64,000 nucleotides of DNA, taken from contig NZ_JBJTER010000089.1 in the NCBI RefSeq assembly GCF_046093005.1, forward strand, positions 9,816-73,815, in the 5' to 3' direction. Positions within the stretch are counted from its first letter, which is position 1, and each line of letters starts with the position of its first letter. Origin of the DNA: Aestuariivirga sp. GTDB taxonomy: Bacteria; Pseudomonadota; Alphaproteobacteria; Rhizobiales; Aestuariivirgaceae. Positions 28,757 through 37,899 of the stretch are shown in pieces. The notes beneath the pieces were generated by a model. That model was not told the DNA's origin, did not search any database, and was given only the letters and a program-made list of their open reading frames with translations. Both the position numbers and the translations under genes were made by a program.

Positions 28757-28972
28757 CTACATGAAGGCGAAGGGGATCGAGTTGTGCGTCGCGGCCTTGG
28801 CGGCGGCGAAGATGGACTTGCCATCCTCATGGCCGGCCATGCGCGGCCGCGCGGCCCGCGGGATCAGCCGCGAGAGCGCGATGGCCACGAAGAACACCGC
28901 GAAGGCCAGCCACATCAGCAGGCTGAACTCGAGCTTCCCCTCGGCGTGGCGTGAGGCGTTGATCATTGACAT
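28757..28972 (-). CDS. pufQ: PufQ-like small membrane protein
   Basis: 71 aa, one TM helix after EF, C-terminal SIFAAAKAA...PFAF; sits between bchZ and pufB. Confidence 0.7.
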   Translation of the reverse strand: MSMINASRHAEGKLEFSLLMWLAFAVFFVAIALSRLIPRAARPRMAGHEDGKSIFAAAKAATHNSIPFAFM

Positions 28973-29024
28973 GCTGTAATCCTCCCGATGTCAGTGACGA
29001 GTGAACTGGAACGGAGCTGGCGCA

Positions 29025-30467
29025 TCAGGCGAGCTCCGCGATGGCTGAAAGCACGTCGGCTTCCGCGACGGTTTCGGATTGCGCCTTGCGGGCGCGGGCC
29101 TCGGCGCCGTCGCGAAGCCGCTTGGCGGCGGATATCCGCACCAGCACCGGCTGGCGTTCCACGAGTTCGTCAAGCGCCGCCTTGGCGGCCGCGTCCCAGA
29201 TCAATTCATGCTCGCGCCGCGCCGGTGTTGCTTCCACCTTGTCCATGTCGGTGGCGAGCGGCAGGATGTTGAACAGCGCGTCGAACAGCGCGTTGCACAC
29301 TTCCTGGATCAGATAGGTGGCGCCGGCATAGCCCATGAACGGCGTGCCGGTATGGCGGCGGATGATGGCGCCGGGGACGGAGGCGGGGAGATAGATGCCG
29401 CGCCCGCCCGCTTCCGTGAGCTACATGCGCTCGTTGTAGCTGCCGAACAGGATGAGCGGCGCCTTCTCGCGAACCAGCTTGCGCACCGCCTCGTTGTCGG
29501 TCTTGGCGCCCGCCTTGCGGGTCACCGCGAACTGGCAGGGCAGGCCCATCTCCTCGCCCAGGAAATGCTCGAGCCCGCGGGCATAGGTTTCGCTCGCCAC
29601 CACGGCGAAGCTGGCGGTGGCGAAGAAATCCTGGGTCACCGAGCGCCACAGGTCCCACAGCGGCTTGATGGTGGTGTGCTTTTCCCGGGCGATGAACGGC
29701 TCGGGATCGAGCCCGAGGGTTTCACCCAGCGCGCGCAGGAACTTGGTGGTCGAGTGCAGCCCGATCGGCGCCTGCAGATAGGGCCGGTCGAGGGTCTCGC
29801 ACAGCTTGCGGCCATATTCGCGGTACATGCACACATTGGCTTCCGCATTGGCGAGCTTCGGCACATCCGCGAGGTGCGATCCCAGCGGGAAGCACATGTT
29901 GACCTCAGCGCCGATGCCTTCGACCAGGCGGCGGATCTCCGCCAGGTCAGACCAGGTGTTGAAGGTGCCGTAGATGGGGCCGATGATATTGACGCGCGGC
30001 TTGTCGCCGGGCGCCCGCGGCTTGGCGGTCGGAACCTGCTTCTTCTTGGTTCCGAATTCCGTCCACAGCCAGTTCATGGCGCGGTCAGCGCTCTGCCACT
30101 GGTCTTCGTCGATGGTGCGCGGCAGGAAGCGCTGGATGCCGGTGCCCTGCGGCGTCACCCCGCCGCCGATCATCTCGGCGATCGAGCCGGTCACCACCAC
30201 GCTCGGCATGGCCGGATCGAGGGTCTTGTGGGCGCGGCGCATGGCGCCTTCGGTGCCGTGCTGGCCGAGTTCCTCCTCGGAAAGCCCGGTCACCACGATC
30301 GGCAGCTCATGCGGCGGCAGCGCGTCGGTGTAATGCAGCACCGATGTCACGGGAAGATTTTCGCAGCCCACCGGCCCGTCGATGATCACCTGCAATCCCT
30401 TGATCGCGGTGAACACATAGACAGCGCCCCAATAGCCGCCGGCGCGGTCGTGATCTAGCACCAGCAT
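29025..30467 (-). pseudogene. bchZ: Chlorophyllide a reductase subunit Z interrupted by an in-frame TAG at 29421-29423 (real lesion or sequencing error)
   Basis: [14 protein letters not shown]...[43 protein letters not shown]... The two ORF-track fragments are in one frame, 87 nt apart. Confidence 0.92.
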
Positions 30468-30528
30468 GGCCGCACCTCCGGGTGTTGCGGCCGCGCCGCG
30501 GCAGGGGTGGCTGTGATCAGAACACGGA

Positions 30529-32061
30529 TCATGTTCCCACCGCCTCTTCGGCCTTGGCGCGCGCCGCCAGCATGCCGGCATATTTCTTGCGGAACTCGGG
30601 GCGGTCGACCGGCGTATCTTCCCAGATGCCCGCCGCATGGCCTTCGCCCACGCCGGCGAAGAATTCGGTCATCGTATCGAAGCGGTGCTTGTTGGCCAAC
30701 GCCGCGTTGATCACCTGGGCGAGCGATCCGGCCCCCGCCGGGCCCATCAGCGGCCGCGCCGAGATCAGATTGGTGAAATAGAGCGACGGGATCGAAAGCT
30801 GCTTGGCTTTCTGCACCACCGGCGTGGTGCCGATCGCCAGATCGGGCCTTGCGTCAATCATCGCCGCGATGTCGTTCTCGAGCGAGGCGCGGAACTGCAC
30901 GGTGACGCCGCGCGCCTCCAGCCAGGCACGGTCGGCATCCGACCAGCGGGTGCGCGGGCAGGCGCTGCCGACATAGGGAACCTCAGCGCCGCTTTCGATC
31001 AGCAGCCGCGCCACCAGAAGCTCCGAGCCCTCGTAGCCAGAAACCGTGATGCGGCCCTTGATCGGCTTTGCCGCAAGAGCGCCCCTGATGGCGGGCAGGA
31101 TCGCATTCTGTGCCGCGGCGATCTTCTCGGCGCCGACATTGCAGGCCTGGCCGATGGCGGCGAGCCAGTCGGCCGTGCCGTCATGGCCCACCGGGGCGGA
31201 ACCAACGACGCTGCGTCCCGCCGCCTCGAATTCGCGCACCGCGGATGTGTAGAAGGGATGGATCGCCGCCACCGCGGCGCAATCGAAGGCGGCGAACAGC
31301 TCGCGCCATTCCCGCGTCGGCACCACCGGCCCGGCGGCAAGCCCCATCGGCTCCAGCATGCGGCCGATGCCGACCGGATCGGCGGGGACCATTTCGCCCA
31401 GCAGCGTGACCGCGGGACGCGCGCTGCGCGAGGTGCGCGGCGCGGCCACCGGACCCTGGCGGATTTCGGAGGCGGCATATTTCAGCATCGCGCCGGCGAG
31501 CACGTCCTTCGCTTCGGCATGGGTCGGCACGCCAAAGCCCGGCACGTCGATGCCGATGATGCGAACCCCGTTGATCTCCTTGGGCAGAAGTTGCAGCGGC
31601 ACGCCAGAGGCCGTCGGCACGCACAGATTGGTAATGACGATCGCGTCATAATCCTCGGGCTTCGCCAGCTTGTAGACGGCCTCGCGGATGTCCTCGAACA
31701 GCTTGCCGGTCACCAGCGTCTCGGAATTGAACGGCACATAGCCGACCGAGCGCCGCGCGCCGTAGAAGTGCGAGGTGAAGGTGAGGCCGTAGACGCAGCA
31801 GGCCGAGCCGGAAAGGATCGTCGCGGTGCGGCGCATGCGCAGTCCCACCCGCAGCGAGCCGAAGGCCGGGCACATGCTTTGCGGCTGGTCATGCGGGCCC
31901 AGCGGATAGTCCCTGGCGTATTGTTCCAGCGCTTCGGACTTGCCGGCGGCGCGCGCCGCCTTGTTGAGTTCATCCTTGCCCGCATGGCAGGACAGACCGG
32001 AGACATCCGCCTTTGGCGCCTCCGTCACGGGCCCGTTCCTGTCGATGAGGGTGGTGGCCAT
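30529..32061 (-). CDS. bchY: Chlorophyllide a reductase subunit Y
   Basis: [28 protein letters not shown] Fe-S ligands. Confidence 0.96.
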   Translation of the reverse strand: MATTLIDRNGPVTEAPKADVSGLSCHAGKDELNKAARAAGKSEALEQYARDYPLGPHDQPQSMCPAFGSLRVGLRMRRTATILSGSACCVYGLTFTSHFYGARRSVGYVPFNSETLVTGKLFEDIREAVYKLAKPEDYDAIVITNLCVPTASGVPLQLLPKEINGVRIIGIDVPGFGVPTHAEAKDVLAGAMLKYAASEIRQGPVAAPRTSRSARPAVTLLGEMVPADPVGIGRMLEPMGLAAGPVVPTREWRELFAAFDCAAVAAIHPFYTSAVREFEAAGRSVVGSAPVGHDGTADWLAAIGQACNVGAEKIAAAQNAILPAIRGALAAKPIKGRITVSGYEGSELLVARLLIESGAEVPYVGSACPRTRWSDADRAWLEARGVTVQFRASLENDIAAMIDARPDLAIGTTPVVQKAKQLSIPSLYFTNLISARPLMGPAGAGSLAQVINAALANKHRFDTMTEFFAGVGEGHAAGIWEDTPVDRPEFRKKYAGMLAARAKAEEAVGT

Positions 32062-32065
32062 TGTC

Positions 32066-33064
32066 TTAAACCGTGTCGTAGATCACTTCGAGGGAAGGCT
32101 TGGCGGTGATGGTGCCCCCGCACATGTCCTCGGCGGACGCGGGCACCAGCACGACGTTGCGGCCCACCGTGTCGCCCTTGAACAGGCCAAGCAGGCCGTC
32201 CTGGTCGAGCGGCGAGGGGCGCTGCGGCGGGGCTTCCGCCACGTTGACGGCGAGGCCGGCGAACAGCGCGCCCCACTCGCTTTCGGGCTTGCCGATGATC
32301 TCGTAATTGGCGCTCTTGCGGCGAATGTCCTCATGGGCGGGGATCGAGGCCAGCACCGGAATGCCAACGGCCTCGGCGAAAGCCGCCGCCTCGCCGGTGC
32401 CGTCGTCCTTGTTGATGACGATGCCGGCCACGCCCACATTGCCGCCGAGCTTGCGGAAATATTCCACCGCCGAGCAGACATTGTTGGCCACATAAAGCGA
32501 CTGCAAGTCGTTGGAGCCGACGATGATCACCTTCTGGCACATGTCGCGGGCGATCGGCAGGCCGAAGCCGCCGCACACCACGTCGCCGAGGAAGTCGAGC
32601 AGCACATAATCGAAGCCCCATTCATGGAAGCCCAGCTTCTCCAGAAGCTCGAAGCCGTGGATGATGCCGCGCCCGCCGCAGCCGCGGCCCACTTCCGGGC
32701 CGCCCAGCTCCATGGCGAAGACGCCGTCGCGCTTGAAGCACACATCGCCGATCTTCACCTCTTCGCCGGCCAGCTTCTTCTTGGCCGAGGTCTCGATGAT
32801 GGTGGGGCAGGCCTTGCCGCCGAACAGCAGCGAGGTGGTGTCGCTTTTCGGGTCGCAGCCGATCAGCAGCACGCGCTTTCCCTGCTGCGCCATCATGTAG
32901 GAGAGGTTGGCGAGCGTGAAGCTCTTGCCGATGCCGCCCTTGCCGTAAATGGCGATGATCTGCGTTTCTTTCTTCACCGGTCCGGTGTGCACGGGGTCGG
33001 GAGGCTGGTTGGCCTCCTCGCGCAGCTTGGCGTCACGGACCAGTGTCAGGTCGATGCTGTTCAT
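32066..33064 (-). CDS. bchX: Chlorophyllide a reductase iron protein X
   Basis: YGKGGIGKS P-loop, GRGCGGRG, DVVCGGF (NifH-like). Confidence 0.97.
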   Translation of the reverse strand: MNSIDLTLVRDAKLREEANQPPDPVHTGPVKKETQIIAIYGKGGIGKSFTLANLSYMMAQQGKRVLLIGCDPKSDTTSLLFGGKACPTIIETSAKKKLAGEEVKIGDVCFKRDGVFAMELGGPEVGRGCGGRGIIHGFELLEKLGFHEWGFDYVLLDFLGDVVCGGFGLPIARDMCQKVIIVGSNDLQSLYVANNVCSAVEYFRKLGGNVGVAGIVINKDDGTGEAAAFAEAVGIPVLASIPAHEDIRRKSANYEIIGKPESEWGALFAGLAVNVAEAPPQRPSPLDQDGLLGLFKGDTVGRNVVLVPASAEDMCGGTITAKPSLEVIYDTV

Positions 33065-33996
33065 GAGAACGCGCTCCAGTCGAGGGCCATCTTGATGCAG
33101 GAAGGATCGTTGAATGCCTGGGCATAGGCCGCTTCCGCGCCGGCGGCGGCGGCGCGGTGCGTGATGAGTCCCGCCAGGCTCAAGCGGCCGGCGGTGACCA
33201 GCGAGCGCACCGATTCGATGTCGGCTTTGGTGAATTCGGCGGCGATCCTGATTCGCGCCTCGCGCATGAAGGCGGGCGGAAAGGCGAAGCTCAGCGGTTC
33301 CTCGTAGAAACCGGCAAGCGTGATCTCGCCGCGCCTGGCGAGCCGCGGCATGAGCGTATCGAGAAGGCCGGCGGCGCCGCTGGCATCGCAGATCGTTTCG
33401 TAGTCGCGCCGCTGGTCCTGTTCCGGAGCGATCACCGCATAGCCCGTTGCGCCGTCGCGGCGGCCTGCCTGCTTCTCCCAGACGGTGGGGGCATCGCCAC
33501 CCAGAGCGAGCGTGATGCGGGCGATCAGCCGGCCGAGAATGCCGTGGCCCACGATCAGCTGCGGCAATCTCGTATCAGGCGCGGCGACGGCATGGTGAGC
33601 CGTTGCCGCAAGAGCCATCAGAATGCCGGTATCGTCAGCGATGCCGTCGAGCGGCACGGCGCGTTGCGCCGGAACCACCAGGCGCGCCGCGGCGCCGCCG
33701 AACAGGCCGCGCAATCCGGCGAAGCAATTGGCGCCCGGCACGAATACCAGGTCGCCTTCCGCGAAACCATGGCCGCCGCGGCTCACCCGGCCAACCGTCT
33801 CGTAGCCGGGGACCAGCGGATAGCCCATGCCGGGAAAATCGGGCATGCGGCCAGCCCACAGCAGCCGTTCAGTGCCGGATGAAATTCCTGTCCAGGCCGC
33901 GTCGACGACGATGTCGCCGGCGGTTGCCTCCTGCAGTGTCACTGTTCTGAGCGCCAGTTTTCCCGGCTGTTCCAGAACGACCGCGACCGTATCCAT
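33061..33996 (-). CDS. bchC: 3-hydroxyethyl bacteriochlorophyllide a dehydrogenase
   Basis: GISSGTERLLW, FPGMGYPLVPGYE, FPPAFMREAR; first gene of bchCXYZ. Confidence 0.95.
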   Translation of the reverse strand: MDTVAVVLEQPGKLALRTVTLQEATAGDIVVDAAWTGISSGTERLLWAGRMPDFPGMGYPLVPGYETVGRVSRGGHGFAEGDLVFVPGANCFAGLRGLFGGAAARLVVPAQRAVPLDGIADDTGILMALAATAHHAVAAPDTRLPQLIVGHGILGRLIARITLALGGDAPTVWEKQAGRRDGATGYAVIAPEQDQRRDYETICDASGAAGLLDTLMPRLARRGEITLAGFYEEPLSFAFPPAFMREARIRIAAEFTKADIESVRSLVTAGRLSLAGLITHRAAAAGAEAAYAQAFNDPSCIKMALDWSAFS

Positions 33997-34057
33997 TCCC
34001 GGTCTCTCCTCTGGGGTCCGGCGGTGTTGTTGCGAGGCACAGCCAGAGACTCCAGAC

Positions 34058-34101
34058 TGTAAGCTTACTCTTACACATCAAAGTGTCAATAGGAGTGTAC
34101 A
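34058..34101. promoter_or_regulatory. Tandem PpsR/CrtJ palindromes at the bchC promoter
   Basis: TGTAAGCTTACTCTTACA (34058-75) and TGTCAATAGGAGTGTACA (34084-101); both are TGT-N12-ACA and 8 bp apart. Confidence 0.9.
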
Positions 34102-34262
34102 GTTCTGCCGTCTGGAAATGTGGACTGCGGGCCGTGGCGATTTGAGGCGAAGCAGATGCTCGTTAAAATTGAATTTAATGCTATTTGTTCTACCTGATGT
34201 AGCCCCAAGACCTGCGTCTCGCGCATGGCGTATGAAATGGTTTTCTGAGGAACAACCCGACG

Positions 34263-34343
34263 CATCCGCATGTCATGTTTGGTGCATCCGGACCGCATCC
34301 AAATGTCATCCAAACCGCATCGAAAAGCATCCAAACCGCATCC
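34263..34343. repeat. Helically phased degenerate 11-bp tandem repeat (consensus AAACCGCATCC)
   Basis: CAT cores at 34263, 34274, 34285, 34296, 34307, 34318, 34328 and 34339. Confidence 0.8.
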
Positions 34344-34348
34344 GAAAG

Positions 34349-35428
34349 CTACATGATTTTGAGCATGCTGCAGACCACCGGATTGCGGGTCCTGATCGCC
34401 GTGGTGGAGGTGAAGCCGGCGGCGGCGGCGAGGCGGCCAAGCTCGGCGGCGGTCCGGGTGCGGCCCTGGCCCATGGCGGCGAAATAGGTGCCGAAATAGG
34501 CATCGGCGATGGGCGCGGTGGCGGCGATGCCGGACAGCGGTTCGGCCACGATCAGCACCCCGCCGGGCGGCAGCATGTGTTTGATGGCGCTCAGGATTTT
34601 CAGCACCGAGTCGTCATCATGGTCATGCGCGACGCGGATCAGCGTGGCCACGTCGGCCCCCTTGGGAAGTTCATCGGTGAGAAAAGACCCAGGATGAATT
34701 TCCACGTCATTTCCGAGGTTTACGCGCGCAATCTCAGCCACCGCGGGAAGATCGAACAGGCTGAGCCTGAGCTGCGGATAGCGGCTCCGGGCGGCGGCCA
34801 GGAAGGTGCCGTTGCTGCCGCCCACGTCGATCAGCTGGCGGTGACGCCCGAAATCATAGGCGGCGAGGATCTCGGCCGCCACGGCCTGCTGCGAGGCCGC
34901 CATCAGCGCCGTGTAGGACGCCGCATGCGGGGTCGCGGAATAGTTCCAGAACTCCTTGAGTTTGTTGTCTTTTCTGTCGCCGGACAGAAGCGCCAGCGGG
35001 TCCGCCAAATCATCATAGAGCAGGTGGTGATGGGCGATGAACTTGGCGATCCACGGGTTGCCGGCCAGCGCTGCTCCATGCTGGCCGAGGGTGTAGGCGC
35101 CGGTGCTGGTCAGTTCCAGAATCTCCAATGAAACCGCAGCCTTGAGCAGTCTTTCGAGGCGGCCGGCGGGCCAGCCAACGCGGGCCGCCAGCGCGGGCCC
35201 GGTCAGTGCCGGGCCTTGCAGCATGTCGATCAGCCCCAGCTTCACCGTGGCATAGAGCACCTGCGAATAGGTGAAGCCCGCCAGCAGGTCGAAGAGGGCC
35301 CGGGAGCGCCGCCGGGCGATAGGCCTAAACGGCGGAAATTCAATGGCAAATTTCTGAAATCGCGGGCTTGCCAGCAGGCGGTTGCGGAAACCTCGCCAGC
35401 GGTCCGCGGCGGCTCCGGCGAGGCTCAT
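34349..35428 (-). CDS. crtF: Hydroxyneurosporene/demethylspheroidene O-methyltransferase
   Basis: RNRLLASPRFQ, LFDLLAGFTYSQVL, DVGGSNG SAM motif, RVAHDH, GQGRTR. Confidence 0.93.
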   Translation of the reverse strand: MSLAGAAADRWRGFRNRLLASPRFQKFAIEFPPFRPIARRRSRALFDLLAGFTYSQVLYATVKLGLIDMLQGPALTGPALAARVGWPAGRLERLLKAAVSLEILELTSTGAYTLGQHGAALAGNPWIAKFIAHHHLLYDDLADPLALLSGDRKDNKLKEFWNYSATPHAASYTALMAASQQAVAAEILAAYDFGRHRQLIDVGGSNGTFLAAARSRYPQLRLSLFDLPAVAEIARVNLGNDVEIHPGSFLTDELPKGADVATLIRVAHDHDDDSVLKILSAIKHMLPPGGVLIVAEPLSGIAATAPIADAYFGTYFAAMGQGRTRTAAELGRLAAAAGFTSTTAIRTRNPVVCSMLKIM

Positions 35429-35429
35429 G

Positions 35430-36302
35430 TCAGGCGGCGGCGGTGCGCGCCGAGAGGCCGGTCACGAGGCTGCGCGACACGCCGGTGATCTGCTTGCCGA
35501 GCTGTTCGGCGCCGGGGCAGGGCGGGATCGCCGCCATGGCCTCGGCCAGCAGCTCCTCGAAATGCGCCATGGCGCCGTCAAACCCAAGATTCAAAACGAA
35601 ATTCGGCCGCTGGTTGGCCTCGTCCTGGTTGACCGGCTTGCCCAGTTTCTCGGCCGATCCGGCGACATCGCGCAGGTCATCAGCCACCTGGAAAGCCTCG
35701 CCGATGGCAAAGCCCAGCCGCTGCCATGGCTGCGGCTCCAGCCCGGCGGAGGCGGCGCCCGCCATGGTGCAGGCGGCGAACAGGGCCCCGGTCTTGGCTC
35801 GCTGATAGCGAACAATATCAATGGTTTCCTCGCATTCCCAGGCCTGGCCAGCGCAAATCCCGGACGGGCCGCCGACACAGGAGGCGATGATCCGGGTAAG
35901 CGGCGCCAGCCGCTCCGGGGCGGCTGCCAGCCGCACCGCCAGCCATTCGAAGGCCAGCACGATCAGCGCATCGCCAGTGAGCACCGCGATCCGCTCGCCG
36001 AAGGCTGCATGCACCGATGGCTTGCCCCGCCGCAGTGCCGAATTGTCGAAGCAGGGCAGGTCGTCATGGACCAGCGAGGCGCAATGAAGAAGCTCGATCG
36101 AGGCTGCGGAAACCAATGATGCCATTGGGTTTTTTGTATCGCAGGCAGCGGCCACGGCGAGCGCCAGCCGGGGCCGGATGCGGGCTCCGCCGGGGAACAC
36201 CGCATCGCGCAGCGCAGCCGCCAGTTTCGGAGGACAATCGCCTGCGGCGGCCCGTGCCACTGCGAGGTCAAGTTCAGCTTCCAGGCGCTGTCCAACGTCC
36301 AT
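35430..36302 (-). CDS. crtE: Geranylgeranyl diphosphate synthase
   Basis: GGARIRP, HDDLPCFD, KTGALF, FQVADD; ATG at 36302. Confidence 0.95.
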   Translation of the reverse strand: MDVGQRLEAELDLAVARAAAGDCPPKLAAALRDAVFPGGARIRPRLALAVAAACDTKNPMASLVSAASIELLHCASLVHDDLPCFDNSALRRGKPSVHAAFGERIAVLTGDALIVLAFEWLAVRLAAAPERLAPLTRIIASCVGGPSGICAGQAWECEETIDIVRYQRAKTGALFAACTMAGAASAGLEPQPWQRLGFAIGEAFQVADDLRDVAGSAEKLGKPVNQDEANQRPNFVLNLGFDGAMAHFEELLAEAMAAIPPCPGAEQLGKQITGVSRSLVTGLSARTAAA

Positions 36303-36314
36303 GGCGATCCCCGC

Positions 36315-36357
36315 TGTCAACTCATAATGTCATTGCGACTGTCAGGAATTATTGACA
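36315..36357. promoter_or_regulatory. PpsR palindromes at the crtE/crtD divergent promoter
   Basis: TGTCAGGAATTATTGACA (36340-57, perfect) and TGTCAACTCATAATGTCA (36315-32, one mismatch). Confidence 0.8.
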
Positions 36358-36393
36358 TACTTGTCCAAACTCCGCAACAGGGAACCGAAATCG

Positions 36394-37899
36394 GTGTCCA
36401 GAGTGGTCGTCATCGGCGCTGGGATGGGGGGATTATCCGCTGCGATTTCAATGGCTTCGCAGGGAGAAGACGTGCTGGTCCTGGAGCGTGCCGCAAGCCC
36501 TGGCGGCAAGATGCGGCGGCTTCAGGTGGGGGACTATGCGATCGATGGCGGTCCCACCGTGCTCACCATGCGGGCGGTGTTCGAGCAGATCTTCGCGCTG
36601 GCCGGGGAAAGCCTTTCGAACCATGTCACGCTGGAGCCCTTGTCGATCCTCGCCCGGCATGCCTGGAGTGCCGGCGAACGCCTTGATTTGTATGCGGATT
36701 TACAGGCTTCCGCGGATGCCATCGGGGATTTCGCGGGGGCGGCGGAGGCCAGGCGATTCCTTGAATTCAGCACGGAATCACGGCGTATTTTCGAGACGCT
36801 GGACAAGCCGTTCATGCGGTCGCAGCGGCCGAACCCGCTGACGCTGGCGACCGCCAACGGGCTTCGTGGCCTGGCCGCCATGGCCCGCATCAACCCCTTC
36901 GAGACAATGTGGAAGGGCCTCGGCCGCCATTTCCGCGACCGCCGCCTGCGCCAGCTCTTCGGGCGCTACGCAACCTATTGTGGTTCCTCGCCTTTTCTGG
37001 CTCCCGCAACGCTGATGCTGATCGCCCATGTGGAACAGGCCGGGGTGTGGACGGTGAAGGGCGGCATGCATGAGCTGGCCCTGGCACTGGAGGCGCTGGC
37101 CCGCCGCAAGGGCGTCAGCTTTCGATATGGCGCCGAGGTGACGGCAATCCGCACCGCCCGCGGGCGCGTGGCGGCGGTGGCCACGGCGGACGAAGAAATC
37201 GATTGTTCAGCGGTGATCGTCAATGCCGACGCCAATGCGTTGGCCACCGGACTGCTGGGCCGCGACGGCGCGCGGGCAGCCCGCCCGGTGGCCCCGAAAC
37301 AGCGCTCGCTCTCCGCCATCACCTGGGCCGCGGCCATTGAAACCAGGGGGTTTCCGCTGTCCCGGCACAATGTGTTCTTCTCGGGTGATTATGAGCGGGA
37401 ATTCCGTGAGCTTGCCAGCGGCTATCCCATTGAACCGACAGTCTATATTTGCGCCCAGGACCGGGATGGGCATGCGGCCGGGCCGGAGCGCCTGCTGCTG
37501 CTGGTCAATTCCCCGGCCAATGGCGATCTGGCGCCGCAACCGCCCGCCGCGGTGGAGCACGCGATGCGCCGGAAGCTTGCCGATTGCGGGTTAATTCTCG
37601 ATTGGAATCAGCAACATATCATCATGACCGACCCCGCCCGGTTTGGCCGCCTGTTTCCGGCCACCGGCGGGGCGCTGTATGGGAGGGCATCGCACGGATG
37701 GATGGCGTCATTTCAGCGGCCGGCGGCCAGGACGGCGGTGCCGGGGCTCTATCTGGCGGGGGGCAGCGTGCATCCGGGGCCGGGCGCCCCGATGGCCGCG
37801 CTCTCGGGCCTTTTGGCAGCGGAAAGCCTCATGATGTCAAAGGCTTCGATGCGGAGGTTGCAGCCGGTGGCTACCGTTGGTGGTATCTCGACGGCCTGA
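36394..37899 (+). CDS. crtD: 1-hydroxycarotenoid 3,4-desaturase
   Basis: VVIGAGMGGL, GGKMR, DGGPTVLTM, GRYATYCGSSP, GGALYGRASHGW; GTG start. Confidence 0.94.
   Translation: MSRVVVIGAGMGGLSAAISMASQGEDVLVLERAASPGGKMRRLQVGDYAIDGGPTVLTMRAVFEQIFALAGESLSNHVTLEPLSILARHAWSAGERLDLYADLQASADAIGDFAGAAEARRFLEFSTESRRIFETLDKPFMRSQRPNPLTLATANGLRGLAAMARINPFETMWKGLGRHFRDRRLRQLFGRYATYCGSSPFLAPATLMLIAHVEQAGVWTVKGGMHELALALEALARRKGVSFRYGAEVTAIRTARGRVAAVATADEEIDCSAVIVNADANALATGLLGRDGARAARPVAPKQRSLSAITWAAAIETRGFPLSRHNVFFSGDYEREFRELASGYPIEPTVYICAQDRDGHAAGPERLLLLVNSPANGDLAPQPPAAVEHAMRRKLADCGLILDWNQQHIIMTDPARFGRLFPATGGALYGRASHGWMASFQRPAARTAVPGLYLAGGSVHPGPGAPMAALSGLLAAESLMMSKASMRRLQPVATVGGISTA

Noticed and set aside
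29421-29423. Pyrrolysine incorporation or genome-wide TAG recoding as an explanation of the bchZ stop
   Set aside because: TAG is a genuine stop for frmA, cutC, the binding-protein gene, pucB and crtF in this window; no pyl genes are seen; the conserved residue is Tyr.
30468-30638. N-terminal extension of bchZ, and likewise the extensions of crtB (41945-42127), cobW, cobN and bchI
   Set aside because: They overlap upstream genes. Family-typical starts occur downstream, with clear RBS or translational coupling for bchZ, crtB and cobN.
34163-34178. Possible CtrA box in the bchC upstream region
   Set aside because: Spacing is TTAA-N8-TTAA, not N7, within an AT-rich patch.
34086-34334. 82-aa ORF across the phased repeat, or a CRISPR/VNTR reading of the array
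   Set aside because: No recognisable protein, and it overlaps PpsR sites. Units are 11 bp and degenerate, with no spacers and no cas genes.
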